DNA of 64,000 nucleotides from positions 448,001 to 512,000 of the forward strand of contig CBDDCX010000007.1 in the NCBI GenBank assembly GCA_965226375.1, given 5' to 3'. The DNA comes from Longimicrobiales bacterium. Its GTDB lineage: Bacteria; Gemmatimonadota; Gemmatimonadetes; Longimicrobiales; Gaopeijiaceae. The notes under the pieces were generated by a model, which saw only the letters and a program-made list of their open reading frames with translations, was not told the DNA's origin and did no database searches. A program made the translations under genes and the position numbers. Shown here piece by piece: positions 30,833 to 39,265 of the stretch. Every line of letters starts with the position of its first letter. Positions within the stretch are counted from its first letter, which is position 1.

Positions 30833-31579
30833 TCACAGACTGAGTTGCAGAACCTGATGGGCGTCGAGCGGCTTCCACGAGGCATCGTCGTCAAGGCACT
30901 CCGACGCGAGGAGGGTCCCACCCGGCGCCGTGGGGTGGCCGGCGGCGATGTACAACGCATTGGTGTTCTCGACCGAGGCGGTTCGTAGGGCGGCGAGGCC
31001 CTGGCCGTCCGCCAGTATCATGGTGAGTTGGGCCTGATGCTCTCCGTGCAGAGTTTCGATCACGACACTCCGCACGTGGTCGAGGGCGCCACCGAGGCTG
31101 GCGCCTTCTCGGAGGGCCGCTAATGCGAGTAGAAACAGAGTCTCAGTGTCGGATGCACCGGCGAGCTCCCCGTACAGGTCGTCGGGGAGGCCGGAGCGCA
31201 GGGTTCTCATGTAGCTCCCCCTGAAATCTTCCACGAAGCCGTTCAATACAAAGCTCCATCGTCCATGGGTCATCGGCAGGCTCCCGCTGTCGTCCAGGGG
31301 AATTCCGGGGGTCGTGTTCCGGACGGCGGCGAGTATCATCCGTGAGTTGCTCGTTGCGAGGACGCCTTGCAGGTCCCCGTCCTGCCAGATGGGTCGGGAG
31401 CCGCCCGTTCGCACCGGTGTGTCACCGCGGTACCACACGACTCCGTATCCGTCCGCATTGACGCTCCCGGACGTGAGTTCCCGCGGAAGGTAACTCTGCT
31501 CGTAGAGGGAGTGGCTTCCTCCGAAGACCAGAGCGTCGACCTTCAGCGGGTCCCCGACATACGCGGTGAGCCGGCACAT
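30833..31579 (-). CDS. egtC: Ntn amidohydrolase EgtC
   Basis: MCRL N-terminal Cys, HSLYEQSY.P, NADGYGVVWY, PIWQD, SDTE; adjacent to egtBD. Confidence 0.85.
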   Translation of the reverse strand: MCRLTAYVGDPLKVDALVFGGSHSLYEQSYLPRELTSGSVNADGYGVVWYRGDTPVRTGGSRPIWQDGDLQGVLATSNSRMILAAVRNTTPGIPLDDSGSLPMTHGRWSFVLNGFVEDFRGSYMRTLRSGLPDDLYGELAGASDTETLFLLALAALREGASLGGALDHVRSVVIETLHGEHQAQLTMILADGQGLAALRTASVENTNALYIAAGHPTAPGGTLLASECLDDDASWKPLDAHQVLQLSL

Positions 31580-31581
31580 GG

Positions 31582-32556
31582 TCAGCTGGGCGGGTTCGTG
31601 CCGGCCAGAAGGTCCGGGAGACGATCCATGTCGACGTTGCCGCCGCTGAGCACGGCCACCACCGGCCCATCGGTCAGCGGGATCTTCCCGGTGAGCAGAG
31701 CCGCTACGGCGGCGGCCCCGGCCGGCTCGGTGAGCAGTTTCGCACGGGCGAGAATCAGGGCCATAGCCTCCCGGATTTCGCTGTCGCTCACCAGAACCAC
31801 GTCTTCCACGTGTTGTTGCACGATCTCGTAGTTGAGTTCGCCCGCCATGGGTGCTCCCAGGCCGTCGGCGACCGTCTTTACTTCGTCCAGGGTGACAGCC
31901 TTACCCTTATCTAGACTTTGCCGCATGGCACACGCTCCCTCCGGCTCGACACCGAAGACGCGAGTCTTCGGACTGAGACTCGCGATCGCCAGAGCCACCC
32001 CCGAGATGAGTCCGCCGCCCCCGATGGGCACCACCACCGTGGCGACGTCCGGCGCGTCTTCCAGGACTTCCAGTCCCACCGTCCCCTGACCGGCCACGAT
32101 CAGCGGGTCGTCGAAGGCGTGGAGGAACGTGAGTCCCCGCGTCTCAGCGACCTCGAGCGCGAGCTCGAAAGCCTCGAAGACGGTTCCCTGGAGGATCACC
32201 TCACCTCCATACCCTTCGGTCGCCCGGGCCTTGGTCGGAGAGGCCTTGGCGTTCATGACCACGGTCGAGGAGATTCCCGTGCGGGTGGCGGCCCATGCCA
32301 TGGCCTGTGCGTGGTTTCCGGCCGAGATCGTCACCACCCCGCGCTCGCGGGCCTCGTCATCGAGATCCAGGAGGCGGTTCAAAGCACCCCTCACCTTGAA
32401 TGAACCCGTCTTCTGCAGATTCTCACACTTCAGGAGCACCTGCTGCCCGATCAGCTCAGAGAGGCTGCGGCTTGAGACCGTGGGCGTGCGGTGCACCGCA
32501 CCGGAGATTCTCTCTCGGGCCGTGCGGAGGTCACCGATATTCGGAATTGAGGTCAT
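31582..32556 (-). CDS. PLP fold-type II serine/threonine dehydratase-family enzyme (no ACT domain)
   Basis: KCENLQKTGSFKVRGA, SAGNHAQ, PIGGGGL, LSGGN. Confidence 0.9.
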   Translation of the reverse strand: MTSIPNIGDLRTARERISGAVHRTPTVSSRSLSELIGQQVLLKCENLQKTGSFKVRGALNRLLDLDDEARERGVVTISAGNHAQAMAWAATRTGISSTVVMNAKASPTKARATEGYGGEVILQGTVFEAFELALEVAETRGLTFLHAFDDPLIVAGQGTVGLEVLEDAPDVATVVVPIGGGGLISGVALAIASLSPKTRVFGVEPEGACAMRQSLDKGKAVTLDEVKTVADGLGAPMAGELNYEIVQQHVEDVVLVSDSEIREAMALILARAKLLTEPAGAAAVAALLTGKIPLTDGPVVAVLSGGNVDMDRLPDLLAGTNPPS

Positions 32557-32642
32557 GATGCGTCGTTAGGGAAAGCTTAAAGTACGGCATAAAACAACGT
32601 TGCCCACCTATTGTCCCAGCTGTACCTTGGCCTCGCAACCCG

Positions 32643-34019
32643 GTGCGGTCTGTCCCTCTCGCTACGCACTCCGAGGTCGACGACAACGTCTTCTCGCCGC
32701 GGGCGGCGCTCGTCTTTCATCCTGAGGAGGACCACAGCATCCGCCTGACCTATAACCGGGCCTTCTCAGAGCCCACCACGCTCAACCTGTTCCTAGATAT
32801 CGCGGCCGGTGCGGCCCCTGGACTGCTCGGCCCCTCGGGATATCGGTTGCGGGCCCAAGGCACCAACCAGGGTTTCACGTTTTCGAATCCCGACGGAAGC
32901 CTCGTCGGAATGCGCTCGCCCTTCAACCCGGCCGCGACCGGAGGCCCGGGACAGCTGTTGCCGGCCGACATCGCTACGCTCTGGCAGCTCGGCGTCGGAG
33001 TCGCCGCCGCGCAAGGCAAGCTCACCCCCACCGAAGCCGCGCTTCTCGCGAGCCTCGACCCCTCCGCTGTCGGGATCAACACGTTTGACGCGACCACCGG
33101 CGTTCTCGCTCCGCTGACCAGCGGCTCGGTGGGTAACATCGAGGAGCTCGAGGTGAGCCCGGCAACGACATTCGAGCTGGGATATCAGGGCCTCATCAAC
33201 AACAAGATTCTCGTTGCAGCCGATGTCTGGTACTCCAAGAAGGTGAACGTTGTCTCGGCGCTCGTGCCCGTCACTCCACTCCTTTTCATCGACGGCGCCT
33301 CCATGGTCGGATTTTTAGTGCCACCTCTGACACAAGCCATCATCGCACAGTCGGGTGGCCTGATCGACCCGACCACTGCACAAGCGTTGGCGTTGGCGAA
33401 AGCCACGGAGCTTGCCGATGGTGGTGACGGGGAGGGTGGCGTCCCGGGCATGGCTGAGGTCCACCTAGGCGTAGTCTCATCGCCCGGAGTCGACGGGAGC
33501 GCTGCCAACCTGCTCGTCACTTACGTGAACGCAGGCGACCTCACGGTGTGGGGCGCGGACTTCGCCGTGAAGGTATTCCTCGACGACAAGTGGACTCTGG
33601 CGGCTACCGGTTCATGGGTAAGTGACGACTACTTCGACCTCACTGAGCTGGACGACGCACTCACTCCCGTGTCCCTGAACGCGCCGGCGCTCAAGGGCAC
33701 CCTCTCCCTGGCGTACCGGAACGCCCGGTCGGGCCTCAACGCCGAAGCCCGGATGAGAGCTACTGCTGGCTTTCCCGCAGAATCGGCGGGTTTCACGGGC
33801 ACGATTTGCGAAACGGGGCCGCGAGGCGGGCTGTTCGATGAGGAGTGCGTGGACGGCTATACCCTGGTAGACCTGACCGCGGGGTACAGGGTCCCGGGGA
33901 GTCGGGCTACACTTCAGCTGACGATCTCCAACATCTTCGATGAACCATACCGGAGCTTTGTAGGTGTGCCAGAAATCGGACGCTTCCTCATGGCTCAGAT
34001 CAAGTACGATCTGTTCTAG
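32643..34019 (+). pseudogene. C-terminal half of a TonB-dependent receptor (signal peptide and plug missing)
   Basis: FSPRAALVF, ELGYQG, DLTAGY, NIFDEPY, C-terminal KYDLF; no upstream coding space. Confidence 0.75.
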
Positions 34020-34021
34020 GG

Positions 34022-34474
34022 GTGAAAGCGCACGTAACGCTGCGTTGTCCGTTCTGTCTGACGCTGAACAACGTGGTATTCGACAGGGCGAAGGACCGGC
34101 CGGCGTGTGGGAACTGTGAAAAACCCATGCTCCTGGACCGGCCGGTAAAAGTGACGGCAGAAGACTTCGAGCGCACGATTCTGAGCACGACCGTGCCTGT
34201 CCTCGTCGACTTCTACGCGGACTGGTGTGGGCCGTGTAAGATCGTCGCCCCCATGGTGGACGAGATTGCCGGTGCGCACACGGGCGAACTACTGGTGGCC
34301 AAGGTGGATTCGGATCGGGCTCAGGACATCGTTCAGCGCCTGGGCATTCGGGGCGTTCCCACCCTGATTCTCTTCAAGGGAGGAGAAGAGGTGGCGAGGA
34401 GCGTCGGCTTCGAGCCGGAGAAAATTCGGGACATGGTAGAGCAAGCCGTAGGAACGGTGGCGAGCAGTGAGTAG
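34022..34474 (+). CDS. trxC: Thioredoxin 2 (zinc-finger thioredoxin)
   Basis: CPFC/CGNC plus WCGPC. Confidence 0.9.
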   Translation: MKAHVTLRCPFCLTLNNVVFDRAKDRPACGNCEKPMLLDRPVKVTAEDFERTILSTTVPVLVDFYADWCGPCKIVAPMVDEIAGAHTGELLVAKVDSDRAQDIVQRLGIRGVPTLILFKGGEEVARSVGFEPEKIRDMVEQAVGTVASSE

Positions 34475-34928
34475 CAAACAGGAGCGCCAGGCCGTCATCC
34501 TGGACCTGGTCAAGTCCAACAGGGTGACCAGCCATGAGGCACTGCGGGAGCTTCTTGGAGAGAAGGGCATTCAGGTTACACAGGCCACGCTTTCCCGAGA
34601 CATTCGCGAGCTCCGCCTGGTCAAGGTCAGGGGTGCCCAGGGGGTGTCGCACTACCGGCTCCCGGAGGCGTGGGAGAACAAGCCTCCACTTGGCTCACTC
34701 TTGCCCATCCTCTTTCTCTCCGCAGAGGGAGCCGAGAATCTGATCGTCATCCGAACCTTGATGTCGGGTGCGGCGGCCCTGGCGACGGCGATCGACTGGG
34801 AAGACTGGCCCGAAGTGGTGGGCACGGTGGCCGGCGAGGACACCATCATCGTGGTCCTCCGAGACCGGAAACATATGCCTACTATTCGCGATCGACTGAT
34901 AGAAATCGCGGGTGGCGATCCAGGTTGA
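34467..34928 (+). CDS. argR: Arginine repressor
   Basis: VTQATLSRDIREL, GTVAGEDT; upstream of argGH. Confidence 0.93.
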   Translation: MSSKQERQAVILDLVKSNRVTSHEALRELLGEKGIQVTQATLSRDIRELRLVKVRGAQGVSHYRLPEAWENKPPLGSLLPILFLSAEGAENLIVIRTLMSGAAALATAIDWEDWPEVVGTVAGEDTIIVVLRDRKHMPTIRDRLIEIAGGDPG

Positions 34929-34946
34929 GGCACCGCTGCCGACGCA

Positions 34947-34980
34947 TAAAACCTTGATAAATCTTAAATTTATATTAAGT
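34947..34980 (-). promoter_or_regulatory. IHF-like site with AT-rich tract upstream of the argG promoter
   Basis: TATCAAggttTTA on the minus strand (34947-34959) fits WATCAANNNNTTR, with a flanking AT tract. Confidence 0.4.
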
Positions 34981-34989
34981 TCATGAGGC

Positions 34990-35018
34990 TTGACATCTTC
35001 TCGGTTCTTCCCCATTAT
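34990..35018 (+). promoter_or_regulatory. Sigma70-type promoter of argGH
   Basis: TTGACA-17 bp-CATTAT. Confidence 0.7.
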
Positions 35019-35019
35019 G

Positions 35020-35058
35020 CGAACATAAATATTCGACTTGTTCGGATATTTGTGAGAA
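35020..35058. promoter_or_regulatory. Tandem ARG boxes (ArgR operator)
   Basis: aaCATAAATATTCg and cGgATATTTgTGag spaced 21 bp apart, directly after the -10 element, next to argR. Confidence 0.65.
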
Positions 35059-35060
35059 TT

Positions 35061-35148
35061 GCCGGGTACGGGAGTGGTGTCAAGACGGTTCGCCGTCACC
35101 AGCGCTTTGGCGGGAAGAGCTGGTTCTGCTCCCGGCCCGCATTTTTTT
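35061..35148 (+). promoter_or_regulatory. Structured argG leader with terminator-like hairpin and T7 tract
   Basis: gacgg-TTCG-ccgtc hairpin; gcggg..gagc/gctc..cccgc followed by ttttttt; competing long-range helix. Confidence 0.5.
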
Positions 35149-35176
35149 GTCTTGTTGCGACGAAGGAGGCGACTCA

Positions 35177-36442
35177 GTGGCTCTCAAAGTCGTCCTAGGA
35201 TACTCGGGAGGGTTGGACACCTCCGTAATCGTGCCGTGGCTCCGCGAGAACTACGACGCCGAGGTGATCTGTGTAGCGGCCGATGTCGGCCAGCAGGGCG
35301 GTCTCCATGGATTGTCGGAGAAGGCCAAGGCTACCGGTGCTTCTGAGTTCTACGGTGAGGACCTCCGACAGGCCTTTGTCGAGGACTTCGTTTGGCCCAC
35401 GCTCCGGTCGGGAGCGGTCTACGGCCGCAAGTACCTGCTCGGGACGTCCACGGCGCGGCCGATCATCGGTCGTCGCATGGTCGAAATTGCTCGTGAGGTC
35501 GGGGCGAACGCCCTTGCTCACGGGTGCACCGGGAAGGGCAACGACCAAGTCCGTTTCGAGCTCACCTTTACGGCGCTCGCGCCCGACTTGAGGGTAATCG
35601 CCCCGTGGCGCGAGTGGGATATCCATTCCCGCGAAGAGGCTTTCGAGTACGCCCGGGTCCGCCAGATACCCATGGACGGGGTCGATGAGGGTAAGCTCTT
35701 CTCTCGGGACGAGAACCTCTGGCACATTTCCCACGAGGGTGGCCCCCTCGAGGATCCGGCCTACGAGCCTGACGAGTCCATCTATCTCTGGACACTGTCT
35801 CCAGCACTCGCACCGAACACGCCGGAATACGTTGAACTCGCGTTCGAAGAAGGGTTGCCGGTCTCGGTCAACGGCGAGGTTCTGGATTCGGTGAGCCTTC
35901 TCGAGTCGCTCAACCAGATCGGTGCCCGACATGGGGTTGGACGAATCGACCTCGTTGAAGACCGGCTGGTGGGGATGAAGTCCAGAGGCATCTACGAGAC
36001 ACCTGGGGGTACGCTGCTCTACACGGCCCTTCAGGAACTCGAGCAACTCACCTTGGATCGGCGCGCGCTGGCTTACAAGGATCAACTGGCCGCGCGTTAC
36101 GCCGATCTCGTGTACGAGGGTTGGTGGTGGACGCCCGAGCGTGAAGCGATCGATGCGTTCATGAATGTCCTTATGAAGCGGGTGACTGGTGTGGTTCGGC
36201 TCAAGCTCTTCAAGGGCTCTGCGGGTGTGGCCTCACGCTGGAGCCCGATGTCGCTCTACGATGCCGGACTCGCGTCCTTCGGCGAGGACGACACGTACGA
36301 CCACGCCGACGCCGGCGGGTTCATCAAGCTCTTTGGACTTCCTGCCCGAGTTGCGGCAGAGCGCGACGCGGGACTACGTGAGTCCGAGGCGGCCGTCAAC
36401 GAGATTCTCAAGTCGGTGGCACCGCAAACCCCGGTGGGGTGA
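35177..36442 (+). CDS. argG: Argininosuccinate synthase
   Basis: YSGGLDTS, HGCTGKGNDQVRFE, GMKSRGIYETPGG; AAGGAGG RBS. Confidence 0.96.
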   Translation: MALKVVLGYSGGLDTSVIVPWLRENYDAEVICVAADVGQQGGLHGLSEKAKATGASEFYGEDLRQAFVEDFVWPTLRSGAVYGRKYLLGTSTARPIIGRRMVEIAREVGANALAHGCTGKGNDQVRFELTFTALAPDLRVIAPWREWDIHSREEAFEYARVRQIPMDGVDEGKLFSRDENLWHISHEGGPLEDPAYEPDESIYLWTLSPALAPNTPEYVELAFEEGLPVSVNGEVLDSVSLLESLNQIGARHGVGRIDLVEDRLVGMKSRGIYETPGGTLLYTALQELEQLTLDRRALAYKDQLAARYADLVYEGWWWTPEREAIDAFMNVLMKRVTGVVRLKLFKGSAGVASRWSPMSLYDAGLASFGEDDTYDHADAGGFIKLFGLPARVAAERDAGLRESEAAVNEILKSVAPQTPVG

Positions 36443-36473
36443 TTGCCAAGGGACCGTCGAAACCTACGGATGT

Positions 36474-36504
36474 GGGGCCGCGACAAGTATTTTGTCGCGG
36501 CCCC
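36474..36504. other. Perfect 13-bp inverted repeat between argG and argH
   Basis: ggggccgcgacaa-gtatt-ttgtcgcggcccc; no T-tract. Confidence 0.8.
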
Positions 36505-36524
36505 TCCGTGCCTCTACCAGGCCC

Positions 36525-37931
36525 ATGACCGCTGACGCCAAGCCTCCTGCACCCCCGGACGCTCCGCTCTGGAGCGGACGGATCGAGGGGACCATGTCCC
36601 CCGAGATGGTTCCGCTCAACCGCAGCCTGGATGTCGATATCCGTTTGTGGCCCCAGGATATTCGGGGAAGCTGTGCCTGGACCCGGGCCCTGGTGCGCGC
36701 GCGGGTGCTCACCGACGGAGAAGGAGACCTTTTGATCGGGGGCCTGGGCCGGGTGGCTGACCGGCTCGCGAGCCGCGATCACTCGGCGGAGCACGATGAG
36801 GACATTCACTCACTCGTGGAGCGCCTCCTGCACGAAGAGGTGGGGGATGTGGCCGGTAAGCTCCATACTGGCCGATCCCGCAACGATCAGGTCGCGACCG
36901 ACTTCAGACTCTGGGGCATGGAGGCTGCAAAGACTCTCCAAGTGGGACTCCGTGGTATCCAGAGCGCGTTGCTGGATTGGGCCCGAGACTCTCTGGACAT
37001 CATTCTCCCGGGGTACACGCATCTGCAGCAGGGCCAACCGGTCCGGGCGGCTCACTGGGCGCTCTCTCACTTCTGGCCTCTCGAGCGAGACGCGGAGTTG
37101 GTCGGTTCAGCGGGGGCACAGGCTGGGGTACTCCCCCTAGGCTCGGGTGCCATCGCAGGATGTCCGTTCCCGATCGACCGAAACCTCATCCGCGAAGAGC
37201 TGGGATTCGATCGTGTTTCGGAGAACAGCATCGACGCCGTGAGCGATCGCGACTGGGCCTTGGAACTCTCCTTCGCCGGTGCTCGCATCGGGATCCACCT
37301 GTCGCGTTTGGCAGAGGACCTGGTGCTGTTCGGATCCAAGGAGTTCGGGTTCGTGCGTCTGTCCGATGGGTTCAGCACGGGGTCCAGCCTCATGCCCCAG
37401 AAGAGGAACCCGGACGTGGCCGAGCTCGTCCGCGGCAAGGCGGGTCGCCTGGTCGGGAATCTGGTGTCGCTTCTCACGGTCCTGAAGGGATTGCCCACCG
37501 GGTACAACCGAGACCTGCAGGAGGACAAGGAGACGCTTTTCGATTCCGTGGACACACTGGCTGTGGTTCTTCCGGCCATGGCAGGAGCGGTGAGCTCGGC
37601 ACAGTTCCAACCCCAGCGCATCGAAGCGTCGTTGGATACGCAGCTTCTCGCCACCGACCTTGCGGATTACCTGGTCAGAACCGGAGTGCCGTTCAGGAAG
37701 GCCCACGAGGTGATCGCTACCGTGGTGCGTGTCGCGGAAGAGAGGGGCGTGGCGGTGGACAGCCTCGAGCTCGACGACTTCAAGGCCGCACATCCGTCGT
37801 TCGAAGCCGACGTTCTGGACGTCTTTTCCTGGGATCGCTCCGTCGAGGCCCGCACCGCATCAGGCGGCACTGCGCGAGCTGCGGTGCAGGCTCAGATGGA
37901 AATGGCGGCCGGTAAGCTCGAGGTGAGCTAG
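36525..37931 (+). CDS. argH: Argininosuccinate lyase
   Basis: LWSGR, HTGRSRNDQV, TGSSLMPQKRNPD, YNRDLQEDKE. Confidence 0.96.
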   Translation: MTADAKPPAPPDAPLWSGRIEGTMSPEMVPLNRSLDVDIRLWPQDIRGSCAWTRALVRARVLTDGEGDLLIGGLGRVADRLASRDHSAEHDEDIHSLVERLLHEEVGDVAGKLHTGRSRNDQVATDFRLWGMEAAKTLQVGLRGIQSALLDWARDSLDIILPGYTHLQQGQPVRAAHWALSHFWPLERDAELVGSAGAQAGVLPLGSGAIAGCPFPIDRNLIREELGFDRVSENSIDAVSDRDWALELSFAGARIGIHLSRLAEDLVLFGSKEFGFVRLSDGFSTGSSLMPQKRNPDVAELVRGKAGRLVGNLVSLLTVLKGLPTGYNRDLQEDKETLFDSVDTLAVVLPAMAGAVSSAQFQPQRIEASLDTQLLATDLADYLVRTGVPFRKAHEVIATVVRVAEERGVAVDSLELDDFKAAHPSFEADVLDVFSWDRSVEARTASGGTARAAVQAQMEMAAGKLEVS

Positions 37932-37945
37932 CCTTCCAAGCCTTC

Positions 37946-38971
37946 TCACGACATCCGTGCGAACGTTCTTCCAACCGCGGTCACGATCGGTGCAAGGTCC
38001 TCCATCAGAGAGTCGAACTCCTCCAGGGTGAGGGACTGCTCTCCGTCTGAGACAGCCATCTCCGGATCCGGATGGACCTCGATAATGAGCCCGTCGGCTC
38101 CGGCGGCGATGGCCGCCTTCGACAGCGGTGCGACCAGATCCCGCTTGCCCCCCGCGTGGCTCGGATCGGCAATCACGGGAAGGTGCGTCTCCTTCTTGAG
38201 AACCGGTATTGCGGCCAGATCGAAGGTGTTTCGTGTCGCGTCCTCGAACGTTCGGATGCCACGCTCGCAGAGGATGACGTTCGTGTTGCCCTGCTTCATG
38301 ATGTACTCGGCAGCCAGGAGCAGATCCTTGATCCTGGCCGACAGACCTCTCTTGAGCAGGATGGGACGGTGGAGCCGTCCTACCTCGGTGAGCAAGGAGA
38401 AGTTCTGCATGTTGCGGGCCCCGATCTGGAGCACGTCGGCGTACTCGGCCACCAACTCGACCTGCCGAGTATCCATGACCTCCGTGACCACGGGAAGCCC
38501 TGTGGCGGTTCGCACCTCGGCCAGAATCTTGAGTCCTTCCTCACCGAGGCCGTCGAAAGAGTACGGTGAGCTTCGCGGCTTGAACGCTCCACCCCTGAGT
38601 GCCACGGCCCCGGCCGCTTTCACACGGGTAGCCGTCTCGGAGAGCATGTCCATACCCTCTACGGAGCATGGTCCCGCAATGACCGTGAGTGCGTCGCCTC
38701 CGATGGCGTGATCTCCCAGGGGGACTTGTGTAGGCGCCACGCTGAACTGACGGCTGGCCAGCTTGTAGGGCTTCATGACGTTGTGGACCGCCTCGACGCC
38801 CGCGATGGAGAGAAGGGCCTCGTGTTCCAGACCCCCTCGATCTCCGATGCATCCGATCACGGTCCGGACTTCTCCCCGTATCAGATGTGTGCGGAGCCCC
38901 AGGGCCTCCACTCGTTCGCGTATGTGGTCGAGCTCGTCCTCTGTCACGCCATGGCGCGTGATGATGATCAT
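37946..38971 (-). CDS. aroF: DAHP synthase type I-beta with N-terminal regulatory domain
   Basis: [44 protein letters not shown]. Confidence 0.95.
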   Translation of the reverse strand: MIIITRHGVTEDELDHIRERVEALGLRTHLIRGEVRTVIGCIGDRGGLEHEALLSIAGVEAVHNVMKPYKLASRQFSVAPTQVPLGDHAIGGDALTVIAGPCSVEGMDMLSETATRVKAAGAVALRGGAFKPRSSPYSFDGLGEEGLKILAEVRTATGLPVVTEVMDTRQVELVAEYADVLQIGARNMQNFSLLTEVGRLHRPILLKRGLSARIKDLLLAAEYIMKQGNTNVILCERGIRTFEDATRNTFDLAAIPVLKKETHLPVIADPSHAGGKRDLVAPLSKAAIAAGADGLIIEVHPDPEMAVSDGEQSLTLEEFDSLMEDLAPIVTAVGRTFARMS

Positions 38972-39004
38972 GGGTTTTCTCTCGTGTCCTAGGCGTTACC
39001 CAAC

Positions 39005-39034
39005 AAAAAAGGCCCCCGACGGAGTCGGGAGCCT
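39005..39034 (-). terminator. Intrinsic terminator of the aroF attenuator
   Basis: Minus strand aggctcccgac-tcc-gtcgggggcc-tttttt, about 35 nt upstream of the aroF start. Confidence 0.9.
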
Positions 39035-39068
39035 GGGAAAAGAGCGCGTTTCGTTCAGCGCGCGCTCT

Positions 39069-39137
39069 TCAGCCGCCGGCTCCCTCGGGGGGCCGATAAA
39101 AAAAATAAAAGACCTGGACTGCGCGCTGACGATTCAT
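39069..39137 (-). CDS. Phe/Tyr-rich attenuator leader peptide MNRQRAVQVFYFFYRPPEGAGG
   Basis: ATG..TTT TAT TTT TTT TAT..TGA immediately upstream of a terminator and aroF. Confidence 0.85.
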   Translation of the reverse strand: MNRQRAVQVFYFFYRPPEGAGG

Positions 39138-39143
39138 GGGCGT

Positions 39144-39172
39144 AAGGTGCCCAGGTGCCCCAGTGGAGTCAA
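39144..39172 (-). promoter_or_regulatory. Sigma70-type promoter giving a probably leaderless leader-peptide mRNA
   Basis: TTGACT-17 bp-CACCTT, then 6 nt to the ATG. Confidence 0.55.
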
Positions 39173-39265
39173 GGAGCGGGCTGGTCTCGACCCTGTGCGA
39201 CCGATAGATTTCGCCACGAAAATGGACCCTCGAATCCCTGTTTTGCGACCCTTGGAGGAACTTCC

